Below, one piece after another: positions 52,000 to 64,000 of a stretch of 64,000 bases of DNA (the stretch's first letter is position 1; each line of letters begins with the position of its first letter). Below the pieces are notes generated by a model that worked only from the letters and a program-made list of their open reading frames with translations, was not told the DNA's origin and did not search any database. A program made the position numbers and the translations under genes. Origin of the DNA: Octopus bimaculoides (Eukaryota); NCBI RefSeq assembly GCF_001194135.2, contig NC_068988.1:51371610-51435609 (forward strand), in the 5' to 3' direction.

Positions 52000-54375
52000 A
52001 GGGGTCAGTGCATATGTTTGTTTGGCAATGTTTGTTGTTTTTTTTTGTTTTGTTTTTTTTTGTCTAAAAATATTCAATAGCTTCTTTTCATTTTGAAATG
52101 TTCTCCTATAGAAATTGCTCTCCTATTTATGAGTCCCTTGTTAGTAACATGATACAATTCTTTTCAACAACTGAAATTACTGTTGTGTGTGGAATGGGTC
52201 CTGTGATTATGTTGGTCATAGATACTACAAACTGGAAGGACAGTGGAGAGAGTTGAGAGCAAGAAAGAAAAAATAACTAGATGGTCAAGGATTAAGTAAA
52301 AGAACCTCACTTTGTTGTTCTATTTTCATTTTTTTCTTTTCTTTTTTCCTTTCTTTCACAATTCTGTTATTGTTGCGTGTCATTTTTTTTGTGTATGTAA
52401 TTGTATATTTTTCTACACTTTATTGACAATAGTTTCATTCACTTCATGTACTATAATTATAATTATTAACATGCTGCTATCAGTGTGAGGAAACTAAATC
52501 ATTCCAGCTATATAACATTGAAATTACTTCACCATACTACTTCAGAACTTGATCTAGTTAAAATCATACACTATTTTTGCCAGTTCAAAACGTTTCTATA
52601 AGTCTGTGCTGAATGTTCATGCTTGTTTTACTGACTTTTAATTAGCCCTTGTTTCATACTTTCAAAAGTTCCAAGTTACTCTGGTGGTTGAAAAAGATTA
52701 GGAATATGTATCATCTATTATACATAGTTGCCAGGGAAATATGTCCTGTATAGCATATGTGATACACAGGATAAGCATAGGGTTAAAGAACAATAAAATT
52801 GTTTTATAAATGAAATTTAGATATTTCATCAATATACAATAGTTACCTAACGTTTGTCTGAAATATTGTCTTATTGTTGATCTTTCTACTAACGTGATTT
52901 TACTTTATATAATCTTATTTCAACTAATTCAAGCATTTAATTTTAACATGTTACTGTTTATGTCCATCATATACAATGTTAAAGCACTTGCAAAAATAGC
53001 TGATTCTGTGCCTGTATAAGAAGACCAGTGTGCTATTATGTTGGATGCTACTCAACCATTACGTTAAGAGAACACTGTATCAGGGAGGCCCTGTTGGAAG
53101 GTATTGTGCTAGTATGTTGGGTGCTTCTATGTAAGGAAATACTGTTAAAGCCTCTGTGTTAGAAATCACTTTGTTTCTAAAACATATATTTAACAATTCG
53201 AACAACTTCAGTCTTGTAAGAATACTCTAATCTCTGTGTATAGCAATGTTTGTTATAGGATCTTTATTGTGTTACATTAAACCTGCCTAAGTGTTGGGTA
53301 ACATTCTCTTCAGTACAAATTTAGATAGCAAGAATATCTCTCTTGTTCTTATATAGTATAATCTATCTGATACATCAGACAAGCATACATATACACATCA
53401 TACATACATACATACATACACAAACACCTAATTAAAGACTGATCTTTAAAAACTTTGATCACTAACCATCAAGAGTTTAAGTTTTAGAGTGAAAAAAAAT
53501 GTAGCATGGCCTTTATTGCTAAGCATACAGTTTTCAGGGGTAGGGGCAGCTATTTTGATCTGATTTCTAACATTTAGCTGTTTTAAATGCAATTGCCTGT
53601 AGTAGGACTGGTAAATAACATAGAGCAATAATGTAAGAAGAGAAATCTCATTTTGTGATGATGCACTTATTCTAAAGCATGAAACAACTGGGTTTTTTTT
53701 TCTCTTTCCTAAGATGACTGTTGAAGAATCATTTTATCTCTTTTACTGCTATTTCTGGTTCTTAGTAATTTTTACTCTCTGTATTGCTCTTATAATACTA
53801 TTTGATGCTAATAGCTCACTGAGAATCACTGCCATTCAGTGGTGAATTTGCATTTACATGTATTTAACATAATAAACTCTTTAAAGTGTGTGCGCGCATG
53901 TGTGTGTGCATGTGTGTGTGTGTGTGTATGTGTGCATGCGTGTGGTAACTACTGTTTCTTTTCTTTTCAATATCTTTTCCCAGACCTGAATTAAAATATT
54001 AGGATTGAAAATTAATTCAACTATCATCCATGGCTATTTTTCACTTATTTCTTTTCCTTCTTTAATTCCACCAACCTCTTTTTATTTTTATTTGAATCAT
54101 TCTTTACTGCCTCATCCCTCATCCCTACACACTTTTTCCCTCTAACTGTCAGTAGTTCTGCTATCTCTTTTAATTTGTTTAACCTTTCCCCTCCCTTCTA
54201 TCATTTTCATCTATTTCTAATCTTTATTATTGATTCCTTATTCAGATTCCAATAAAGAAAAATACACATAAGCTCTATAGCAGGAAGTATTTCCAAGTAG
54301 AAAGTACAAAAGCCATATGGAATTTGATTCATTTCTCTGTCCAACTTATATTTTCTTGTATCACATTTATTTATT

Positions 54376-54435
54376 TATTCCATTTTATTATTATTATTGT
54401 TGTTGTTGTTGTTGTTGTTGTTATTATTGTTATTA

Positions 54436-54467
<32 letters not shown>

Positions 54468-54468
54468 T
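54376..54468. repeat. (ATT)n/(GTT)n compound microsatellite
   Basis: Direct reading. Confidence 0.9.
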
Positions 54469-56745
54469 TCATAAAAGACAGAATCTTTGTAAAACAAAAC
54501 ACTTTAAACTTCCGTTGTTTTGCTTGTTCTTTGATGGTTTCCTTCCTTCATCTTGTGTGCGTGACCGAACATGCATGCTTGCATGTGTAATTGAGCTGAA
54601 ACGTTGTCTAAAAAATGCAAAGAAATGAAAATAAGACAGAAAACAATAAATAAATAAAACGAAAATGAAATAAGAAACAAACAAAAGAAAATACAAGTAA
54701 AGCAAAGATAAAATTCTCTTTAGACAACTCTTTTCTCATTTACACATGGATATGTGAATGGCTTGCACTAGTTTTGGACATAATATCAGGCACAATCACT
54801 GTTTATGTATACATCTATTGACACATTGCTTTCCTTCTTTCCTTTGCTATGTACATACAAAGACATCGATTCCTCACAGTGGTATGTGCATATATGCATT
54901 TATAAATTCTACATTTCTTGTATTGCTAAAGAAAAACTGAAACCAGCTTCGCAAGTATTGAATGAAAGCAGCTATGAAAGATGAAATGGCACGAAATAAA
55001 TTCAAGCAGAAAATGTTTGAATGATATAAGTGAGAGAATTGATAAAGAGAAGAAAGCAATGATATATATATATATATATATANNNNNNNNNNNNNNNNNN
55101 NNNNNNNNNNNNGTTGAAAGAGGAAGAGGTGGAACAATGTTTAAAATAATAAATAGAACATTGTTTGGGCTCCTTTTTTCTTTTCTTTTCTTTTTTTTAT
55201 GTTTCTCTTGCTTTCCTTCTTTCATCTGTCCCTCCCCCCTTCTCTCTTTCTGAAACAAGTTTATCTATGAAATAGAATAGAATAAGAATCAAAAATACAG
55301 GAGAGAAGGGACAATAATTGATGAATTGAAAACTAAAAATAAATCATATTGAAGAAAAAAGAAAAAATATAGAAAGATCATCCTCCCACAAATAAATAAA
55401 TAAATAAATCTTAGCTGATGATTATAACTGTACACATGGTAGAGGATGTCTAGTCTATAATGGCAGTTAATGGAGGTGTGTGTGTGTGTCCCCACTTAAT
55501 TAAGTTAGGCAGCGGATAGGCTGATAATACTTCCTAACACAACTTGGAACTAAATTCAAAAGATCAAAGTAACTTAACAAACAAAGAAACAGGCAAAAGG
55601 CAAAAAAAACTATCAACAGTAAAAACAATGGCAGCAAAATCTATGGTCATTTTACTTTCATGAATGCTATAAAAATGTAGAGATTTTTCTATTTTTAACA
55701 TCAGCACCATGTGTTTTTTTTTTTTCTTTCTTTATTTTTTTAAGTCAATGCAGTTGTGTGGTGGCTGTCAAGTCATCACCTCATCAGTGATAAGTGATAG
55801 CAAAGAACTGCAGGTAAAACTGATTGCTTTCCTGTGCCATCTGATTTGAATGGTTTATTGGTGTCGCAGAATTGATTGTTCACGGAAATGTCCTGTGAAA
55901 AGGTTGTTATTAAATAGAAACTCTTGTTTGTTTGGCCAGTTTCAGTAAAGGGGGTTTGGATGAGGTGCATGTTGTCAGCACAGATATTTCATGTTCTCTT
56001 TTTGGATAATCCAGATATCGAGTGTGTTTTCTTCACATTAACATCGTCTGCAATTTACCATTACTCACATAGTATAGCATTAGACACGCCTGATTAATCC
56101 ATACGACCAATGGATCTACTGCGATGCGTGTAAGCGAACCCCTCCTTTCCATCTCTCTCCCTGTCTCCACACACATGCATACATATCCATTACCCGCCCT
56201 TTCCTCTGAAAGCTATGACCTCTGACTGATAAGAGAATCTCTGATGGTAGAAATCACTACTCACAAAATAACTATTTATCTGATTCAATAATTAATGAGA
56301 TGCATTGTGAAAAAGGGGGCGTCAGCAATATTGATTGCTATCTCTATACTTCACTAGTTTTTTTTTTTTTGGTTTTTTTTTTTTTCCTCAGCACTTCATC
56401 CCCATCTCTCTTTCCTATTTTTCTCTAAGCCAGATATATCTATATCAGCAGATTTATCTCATTGACTTGGTGCTGCTACTTTTCCATCCCACTTCAGTTC
56501 AAATTCCGCTACTGCCTATTTAGTGGCTATCAGCAGCTGGATATATCAGTGATGTTAGTGAAGATGGGCGATGAAATTTGATGTTAGCAAGTTAAGCTAC
56601 TACAATTTGTGCATTGTTCTTTATGGTGACTCCAGTAATCATCCATCTCTCTACCACAATGTTGTGGATTCTGAATAGTTGTAAAATGAAACATCATCAA
56701 ATGGTGTGACACCCTTGAGACTGTTTCTTTATTTTTTATCAGTTA

Positions 56746-56785
<40 letters not shown>

Positions 56786-57074
56786 NNNNNNNNNNGACTT
56801 TTCAGCCAAATGAATTGACCCCAGTATTTTTTTTTTATATATTTCAAGACTGGTACTTATTCTATGGGTCTCTTTTTGCCAAACTTCCAAGTTACAGGGA
56901 CATAAACATATCAACACCAGTTGACAGGCTTCTTTAAGTTTCTCTCTACTAAATCTACACGCATGGCCTTGGTCAGCGCGAGGCTGTAGCAGGAGACACT
57001 TGCCAAGGTGCCACACACTGGAACTGACTCTGGAACCATGTGGTTGGGAAGCAAGTTTCTTATACAGCCATGCT

Positions 57075-57170
57075 GGAGCACTGCCTTTAGTCGAGCAAAT
57101 CGCCCCCAGGACTTATTCTTTGTGAGCCTAGTACTCATTCTACCAGTCTCTTTTGCTGAACCAGCATCAG
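57075..57170 (+). mobile_element. SINE family C segment (also ~41640-41770, 56797-56915)
   Basis: GCCATGCTGGAGCACTGCCTTTAGTCGAGCAAATCGCCCCCAGGACTTATTCTTTGTGAGCCTAGTACTCATTCT, recurring in the window. Confidence 0.65.
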
Positions 57171-57402
57171 TTGTCAAGCGATGTTGGGAGGGGAAACACA
57201 GANNNNNNNNNNNNNNNNNNNNNNNNNNNNNNNNNNNNNNNNNNNNNNNNNNNNNNNNNNNNNNNNNNNNNNNNNNNNNNNNNNNNNNNNNNNNNNNNNN
57301 NNNNNNNNNNNNNNNNNNNNNNNNNNNNNNNNNNNTATATATATATATATACACACACACATATACACACACATACTTACACATACATACACACATACAT
57401 AA

Positions 57403-57566
57403 ATATGACGGGCTTCTTTCACTTTCCGTCTACCATATCCACTCACAAGGCTTTGGTCGGCCCAAGGCTATAGTAGAAGGCACTTGCCCAAGATGCCATG
57501 CAGTGGAACTGAGCCCAGATCCATGTGGTTGGTAAGCAAGCTACTTACCACACAGCCACTCCTGCA
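57403..57566 (-). mobile_element. tRNA-derived SINE family B, near full-length
   Basis: Reverse complement of family B. Other minus copies at ~39085-39200, 41783-41910, 46975-47075, 56925-57075. Confidence 0.85.
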
Positions 57567-57837
57567 CATATATATATATTTGCTTGAAACAAATGGAGAG
57601 AATTAGCTAAAGAACTAAGTTCATTGCTTAACAACAATGCTTGGACACAGTTCTTGTGAATCAGTAATCCAGCAACTAACTCTCTTTACAAACTGTATCT
57701 ACTAACACTGTTGAATTATAACCATTACCTTATGGTGTCTTGTTTATCTGCTGGAATAAATTAATTTTCTGCCCTAGTTAATGAAGGAGTCTTTTCTTCT
57801 GTTAGAAATATCAGCCCAATCTTCCTCATATTGCACC

Positions 57838-58059
57838 TTATCTTTTGATATTAACCTGCCTGAAACCACCCTAGTTTCTTTGTTACAAATTCTGTTTTAA
57901 AGTGATCTAAATTAAAACTTTCTATTAAGATTTCATTTTAATATGTGTTCCAGACACCAACTTAATAATGACAGTTATTTTACTGCATACTTCATTATTT
58001 GCAAAATTAACTGAAACAAAGTCAATGCATGCTGACAGGTCTCATAACAAAAGGGTTAA
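57838..58059. mobile_element. Second TTAA-type MITE; related copy at 24813-25039
   Basis: Ends in AAAGGGTTAA. The body (CTAAATTAAAACTT..TTCCAGACA..TTATTT..AAAATTAA) is shared with 24813-25039. Confidence 0.65.
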
Positions 58060-59149
58060 GAAAAGATGGGAGAAAGACTTATTAGATGATGTAGTCCTAG
58101 ATAGCCCTAAAAGGATGAGATTGTCATGGATTAAATGCATCAGATCATATGTCTGCTTGATCAGGTCTGTTTTGGCCAAATAGCTAATTTTGTGTTAATG
58201 GGTCTCTTCTATTAGCAGATGATAAATATTGCTGATTGTAACAATTTTAACATTTTGATACTTTGTCTAGTTTGTTTCTCTTCTAACTTTATTACTGATG
58301 GAAATTATCTAATTTCACCCCCCCCCCTCTCATTAATTTCTACACAAAAGCACTTCTTTTCAAAGATGGTAATTTAGTTTCTTTTTAATTGCTTTTTATT
58401 TTATTTTGTCTTATTACCAGGCTAATATTTCAGAGGTGACTATTTCCTTCTTAATCACTGCTAAACTACATGCTTTGGCCTCGCATATCTAAACAACTCT
58501 CTGACCTTTTATCATTTTAGATTGTTCAAATGAACTGGCTACTATAATAGGTTGTCTATAGATGTGGCTTCACAGTCTATGGCTCTCTATGGCATTAGGC
58601 TTTGATTATAGCAATTGCTGAGTGGACAGTAATATATTCTCTTTATTTTGCAATATTGTTATACTACAAATGGCCATTATTGCCCAAAATTGGTCAAGTG
58701 TACTACAATATATTCCATCATTGTCTTTTTATGATGCTGAATCCTAGCACACTCTTCACTTGGTTGGGGGTTTTTTTTTCCCTCCTTTTTTGTTCTTTTG
58801 TCTTTTGTTCTTGATCCAACGGGGGGGGACAGTGATGTAAATGTTAGCAACTATTTGCATGATATTATTTGGTCAGCGTTGTGTTAATTCCTAATCATTT
58901 CTGGATAATAAATCATGGACTCACTCTACTATCAGGCATCACTTTGACTCTCCCATAAGGATAATTGCTCATTCATTCATTCTTCTCCCTCCCTCTCTCT
59001 CTCTCCCCAAATGCTCGACCATGTGTCACAGATTTTCTTTCCATGAAGATGATTGCTGTTCATATACAGTGACACTTTCGTCAAAATAGTGGCACAATTT
59101 ATATCCAAGATGTCATCTATCGCAGCCTATAGAAAATTCATTGAAATGT

Positions 59150-59210
<61 letters not shown>

Positions 59211-59683
59211 TTTTTTTTCTCTCTCTCTCTTTTTTTCTCTCTCTCTCTTTTTTTTCTCTCTCTCTCTCTCATTTGCTTCATCTTTGTCATTTTCTTCTTT
59301 TTTTATAACTTCTTTCTTTTTTCTTACCCTGTATACATATACAACAGTGAAAAACTTGCTAAGATGACCTCTCAGTGGAGTTTTAACATTTAGCCATTGA
59401 TGTTTCCCTTCTCACACATCTGCTTAATTCTTAACTATTTATCTTTCATGGCAGCAGATGACATACTTGCTACTTCAGATTCTACAACTTACGAATACTG
59501 TGAAAAGTGTGTGAGAGAGAGAGAGAGTTTGAAGAAACATGTACATTACAGTGTTTCTTGTTTGTGAGCCTGTCAGGATTGAAAAGTGATGGGCACACAA
59601 ATTGCCATATTTGATAAAGTTAAGTTGGTTTTAAACTTTTAAACTTGTTCAACACTCATTGAATGGCAATAAAATAAGAGTTA

Positions 59684-59784
59684 TCATCATCATCATCATC
59701 ATCGTTTAACGTCCGCTTTCCATGCTAGCATGGGTTGGACGATTTGACTGAGGACTGGTGAAACCGGATGGCAACACCAGGCTC
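59684..59784 (-). mobile_element. Family A 3' fragment
   Basis: Reverse complement of the family A 3' 100 bp. Confidence 0.85.
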
Positions 59785-60629
59785 ATGGATAGTAAAAAAA
59801 AAAGAAACTCTATTTTGTCTCTCATTAATAAAGAGTGGGAAGAGGAGGAGGCAAGAAATTCACTAACATTTGGGTAGTGTGAGGTCAGGTGGGAGAGTAA
59901 ACTGGTATTTGTCAGTTTGAGGATCACTGAATTTTTACATGGTTTGATTGGTTTGACTGTTTAGTAATCAGTAAAAGATTTACCTAAATTTGTTCTCATT
60001 GCTGCTGTTTTGATTCGTACATAGAACAAATTAACTATTTCTTCTCTCTGTCACCTCTTTCACACACATATGCAAGTGTAATAGTGTGTGTGTAACATGT
60101 CTGCATGTATGTAAAATTACTCCAATAAATTTAAGCTCTGTGTGTCTTGTGTGTTGAGTCTGTATGTGTTGTTTGTTGAATTCTTATGTATTATTCATGA
60201 TAATTTGTGCTTTAAAAAAATGTAGTCTTTTCAATGACTTGTCTGACCTAATCTTAGCAGATTAACAAGGGAGCTGGGATTAAGAGTGAGGAAGTTCCTC
60301 TAATAGTTGTTTGTCTACCACATTCAACCACACCTGTATTTACGATTTTTGTATGCTTTTATTGCTTTTTAGCCAATTTGTCTGACTATTGTCAGTTTAT
60401 ATTGCTGCTATTCACTAACCTGTTAAATTAAAATGGTTGTATTTATTAAGAGATCAAGTCACAACAATGTGTATAAAGGAGTGAACATTCTGTTTATGTC
60501 TGTATTTTCTCACTTGTTCATTGTGTTAATTCATACTAGTTTCATAATTGTATTCTTTCTTAGATCTAGACTACAGGTGTTTGCACACATGGGTGTACAG
60601 AGTAGTTTTTAGTGACATATATTCTTGAT

Positions 60630-61070
60630 GCACTTGTTAAGGATGCACACCCATCAGAGCCCAAGTGAAGTCGACAATGGAGTATTGCTCTCATCTGGGA
60701 AAGTGCTGATGCATGCACAGACATTGTAGACTTCATCTAGAAAAGAGCTACTCAGCTGATTAAATTGAAGTCATAAAGTCTTGCTCAGATATGCTCCAAG
60801 CTTCTGGTCCACAGGCATGGCTCCTTCTCTCTCTGCTGTTTTTGTCCCCCCCCCCATACTATAATGGTTTCTGCTCCTTAGTACTGGGTCAGCTGGGAAT
60901 GTGAAAGCATATGCCACCTTCACTCAAGCATTCCTGACTCACTCATTCTTTATTTTTACTACCCTTGGCTCCATACCAATCACTACACTCAGTCCTTCCT
61001 TCCTTGAATGTTGGCCATCCGAAATCCCATTCCTGTTCATGTCATTTCTACAGATGTAAAGGAACTTCTA
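60630..61070 (+). mobile_element. Degenerate L2/CR1-type LINE ORF2 C-terminal fragment
   Basis: AQVKSTMEYCSHL, KRATQLI, YNGFCS, TNHYTQSFLP match the LEYCSHIW / QKRAIRLI / YYNGFCS / SFxPRT..WN pattern. Confidence 0.6.
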
Positions 61071-61566
61071 CCAGTGCCCTGTGGGATGAAAAGCAGTCAA
61101 TCCTTGTAGGATTTGAACCCTAAATGTATTGGATGTAACTAAATACCATAAAGCATTTTGTTCACCGCTCCACTGAGTCTACCATTCAATGTTCTCTGCT
61201 AATCGTTATAATTTATAACTTTAGCACAAATTGACCCAGTACTCGAATGAAATAAATTTTATTCCATCCAGAAGAAAGAAAAACAAGTCAAAGGCTTTGC
61301 AAGGAGAATTTACTGACATTATTTCCAATGTTTTTGCATGAATGGGTCAAACGACTCAGTCATTTTTGGTGAAGAGTTAGTGTCATTGAAAGGGTTATAG
61401 TGTTTCTTGATTCTTTTACTGTTAGATTGAGGTATTGCAAGGTGCAGGTGTGTCTACGTGGTCAGAAGTTTACATTCCAATGACATCGCACCTTGCTTAT
61501 GACAAGGGTTGCAAGGAGATTTGGTGGACAGAAACTGCAAAAGCCCTTTGTGTTTATCTATCTATC

Positions 61567-61825
61567 TCATCATCATCGTTTAACGTCCGCTTTCCATGCT
61601 AGCATGGGTTGGACGATTTGACTGAGGACTGGTGAACCAGATGGCTACACCAGGCTCCAATCTGATTTGGCAGAGTTTCTTCAGCTAGGTGCCCTTCCTA
61701 ACGCCAACCACTCCGAGAGTGTAGTGGGTGCTTTTACGTGCCACCAGCACGAAGGCCAGTCAGGAGGTACTGGCAACGGCCATGCTCGAAATGGTGTATT
61801 TTACGTGCCACCTGCACAGGAGCCT
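61567..61825 (-). mobile_element. Family A long copy
   Basis: Reverse complement of 15487-15740 with scattered substitutions. Confidence 0.85.
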
Positions 61826-63234
61826 GTCATGTGCGCATTTAAGATTGAAAATGAAGAAACAATGCTTTTATGATCACACAATGTCAAGGGAAAGGGAAAC
61901 ATGCACACACAATCTTAAATGCGCACATATCTGGTCATGAGAAAATGTTACCTTACTTGGAAACAAGTTATGGTTGGCAACAGGAAGGGCATACAGTTAT
62001 AGATAATCTGCCTCAACTAGTTTTGTCTGACCCATGCAAGCATGGAAAAGTAAGCTTTAAAACAATAGTGAAGAGGAAAGCACTTGAGTGTTTTGGTTGA
62101 AAAAGAAAATTTCACTATACAGAATTCTACGCATTCAAGTTTACTTTAAAATATTATAGCACATATTTAACAAATGTACTCAAATACTCCAAGGCTGACT
62201 TCACCTTTCATTCCTGAAAAGTTAATAACACAAAGTTCTAATGATATATTGTTGTTAGCTTTTCATTTTGGTAATGAGTTGCTTTGATACTTTTGTCATG
62301 GTAAACCTTGTTTTGTATAGTAGTAATAAAAGTTAGTTTAAAGCTCTGTATTGCATCACAGGTGTAATAAATATCAAATGTGCTAATATAATGTTTATCT
62401 ATACATTCTTTTAACTGTTGGTCTCGCATATAAATATAATATTGATTTCTTTCAGCATGGCAGATTGCCAATTTCTTTTGTGAGAAAAATACAGTTGATT
62501 AGTATATTACTGGGCACTAATTTTATCACCTCATCTGGATTTGAATTCAAAGCTACTGTTATATATCTAGAAAATCAGTAACTTGAAGGTAGTGTATTAT
62601 AAGCTACATGTATACCCTTAAGCCAAAGAGAGAGCTTTCATATGATTGTTCAACTTGCTACTGTTTTTAAAAATAGGAGGGTAATGTATTTATTGATACT
62701 CTACCTAAAAAAAAATTCAAGACTGATCTTTGGTCATGTTTTCTGCTCAACAACTTGCATTCCCCTTTCACTGATACAGTTATCTGTAACTTACTTTGTT
62801 CAAGCTAAATAAAATAGCTTTAAAAGATACCATTTAACACCTATTAACTATATGTATATAAACTTAAGGTTAGCCTTCTGTAAATAAAGTGTTAAATGTG
62901 CCTGTTCCAGATTTTACGAATATTCTTCATAGATAATACCACTCCTGTTTCTACCTTTTTACTTCATAAATGTAATCTTTTATATTTATTTATTTTAATT
63001 TTGGCTAAATACCCATATAATTTCTCAAATTTGACTCGTATTTAAAACTCTATAAATCTTGTTAGAGTTGAGTTATTCTTAAAGAAAGCTCGACAAGCAG
63101 GTGAAAAGGAGGAATTGTTGAGAATAAGGCCATTTAAGAGTTGTAGTTTCAGATTTGTATCATAATTATTGTGGTACTTTGCAGTTTCATAATGCTGACT
63201 TATTCATTTCTATATAACTCAGGTGTATAAAATA

Positions 63235-64000
63235 CTAGCAGAAATACCCGGCGTTGCCCGGGTTAAAGAGAATAATGAAATCTAAAAACGCCGTCTAGAC
63301 TATGCATCATCTTTATATATAGAGATGTATATACACACACGTATATATATGTATATCAATATAAATATATGAAAGTCAATGAAGTTTCGTAAAAGAAGGT
63401 GATCATGTACATACTTTCTTGCTGTTGTGATTATAACACCTCGTTGTAAACAATGTTCCTTGTTTTCCCTTGTGGAGCATATACAAATTGTTTATTTTTG
63501 CTACCCACTCTTAAGCAGCCAACATACAGTTGTCCATGTGAGAAGCAGGGCTCTTCCAAGAGAAGACCAGCTACAGACAGTGTTTGACCCTGAGATTTGT
63601 TTATGGACATGGCAAAAGTCACACAAAGGGGGAATTGTAGTATTCTGAATGTAAAAGGAATGTCTGCTCCTGATGGAGTAAGAGGAATTCTTGGAATAAA
63701 GACGTCATCCCCTTTTGCACATCCAGAAAGAATGGTAGCCTCGATAACGTGTGACATTGCAAAGTCTTGGTGGTTCCAGATTGCGGTGCAGTATAACAGG
63801 CATTCCAACTTTAAGTGATAATATGTGGGGAGGTAGTCCTGGAGGCTCCAACGAATTGAGAAATTCAGGAGGATAGTTCACCACTTCATTTGTATCTGGA
63901 ACTGTATCAACAGACTTGTAAGTTTGAAGATTGCCGGGAAGAGAATGCATCAGGTGTTGATTAATTTTTGTAACAGCTACGTTTTTTGGAGCTAATATTG
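63235..64000 (-). mobile_element. Helitron 3' end with RepHel (PIF1-like helicase) C-terminus, frameshifted
   Basis: 63705-63950 NYPPEFLNSLEPPGLPPHILSLKVGMPVILHRNL; 63431-63808 FIPRIPL..QFPLCVTFAMSINKSQGQTL..PCFSHGQLYVGCLRV..TRNIVYNEVL*. Subterminal hairpin ACCCGG-CGTTGC-CCGGGT at 63246-63263, terminal CTAG at 63235-63238 followed by T on the minus strand. Confidence 0.95.

Larger units (their letters stand above)
9656..64000 (+). other. RNF220: Large intron of RNF220 (>54 kb, continues beyond the window)
   Basis: GTAAGT donor at 9656. By eye, no downstream exon with the expected next RNF220 motif (CPIC-type zinc finger) was found. The sequence is repeats and AT-rich non-coding DNA. Confidence 0.7.

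Noticed and set aside
54575-54615. GAAACGTTGTC with a nearby hairpin as another hammerhead
   Set aside because: No CTGANGA-like core upstream.
1-64000. CRISPR arrays, rRNA, operons
   Set aside because: Eukaryotic intron-containing DNA. There are no regularly spaced repeat-spacer arrays and no rRNA-like sequence.

Overview
AT-rich, repeat-dense animal genomic DNA. The SINE, MITE and microsatellite families look like those of Octopus (inference). There are eight N-gaps. One protein-coding exon is recognisable: the first coding exon of an RNF220 (RING E3 ligase) orthologue at 9049-9655 (+). A CpG-rich putative promoter lies upstream at about 8.1-8.4 kb. I found no later exon, so the remaining ~54 kb appears to be one giant intron. 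The rest is transposon-derived: many tRNA-head and RTE-tail SINEs, fragments of CR1/L2- and RTE-type LINEs, TTAA and hAT MITEs, Penelope-like terminal repeats, and the 3' end of a Helitron (PIF1 helicase C-terminus, hairpin, CTAG) at 63.2-64 kb. The most unusual object is a 505-bp palindromic insertion at 3259-3763 with a perfect 11-bp target-site duplication. Each arm has a tRNA-like Pol III head, an (AAT)n linker and a minimal hammerhead ribozyme. A second repeat family carries hammerhead-like folds with a consistent A6->U core change. No CRISPR arrays, rRNA or bona fide tRNA genes were found. All alignments and counts were done by eye, and reference motifs are recalled from memory rather than searched.
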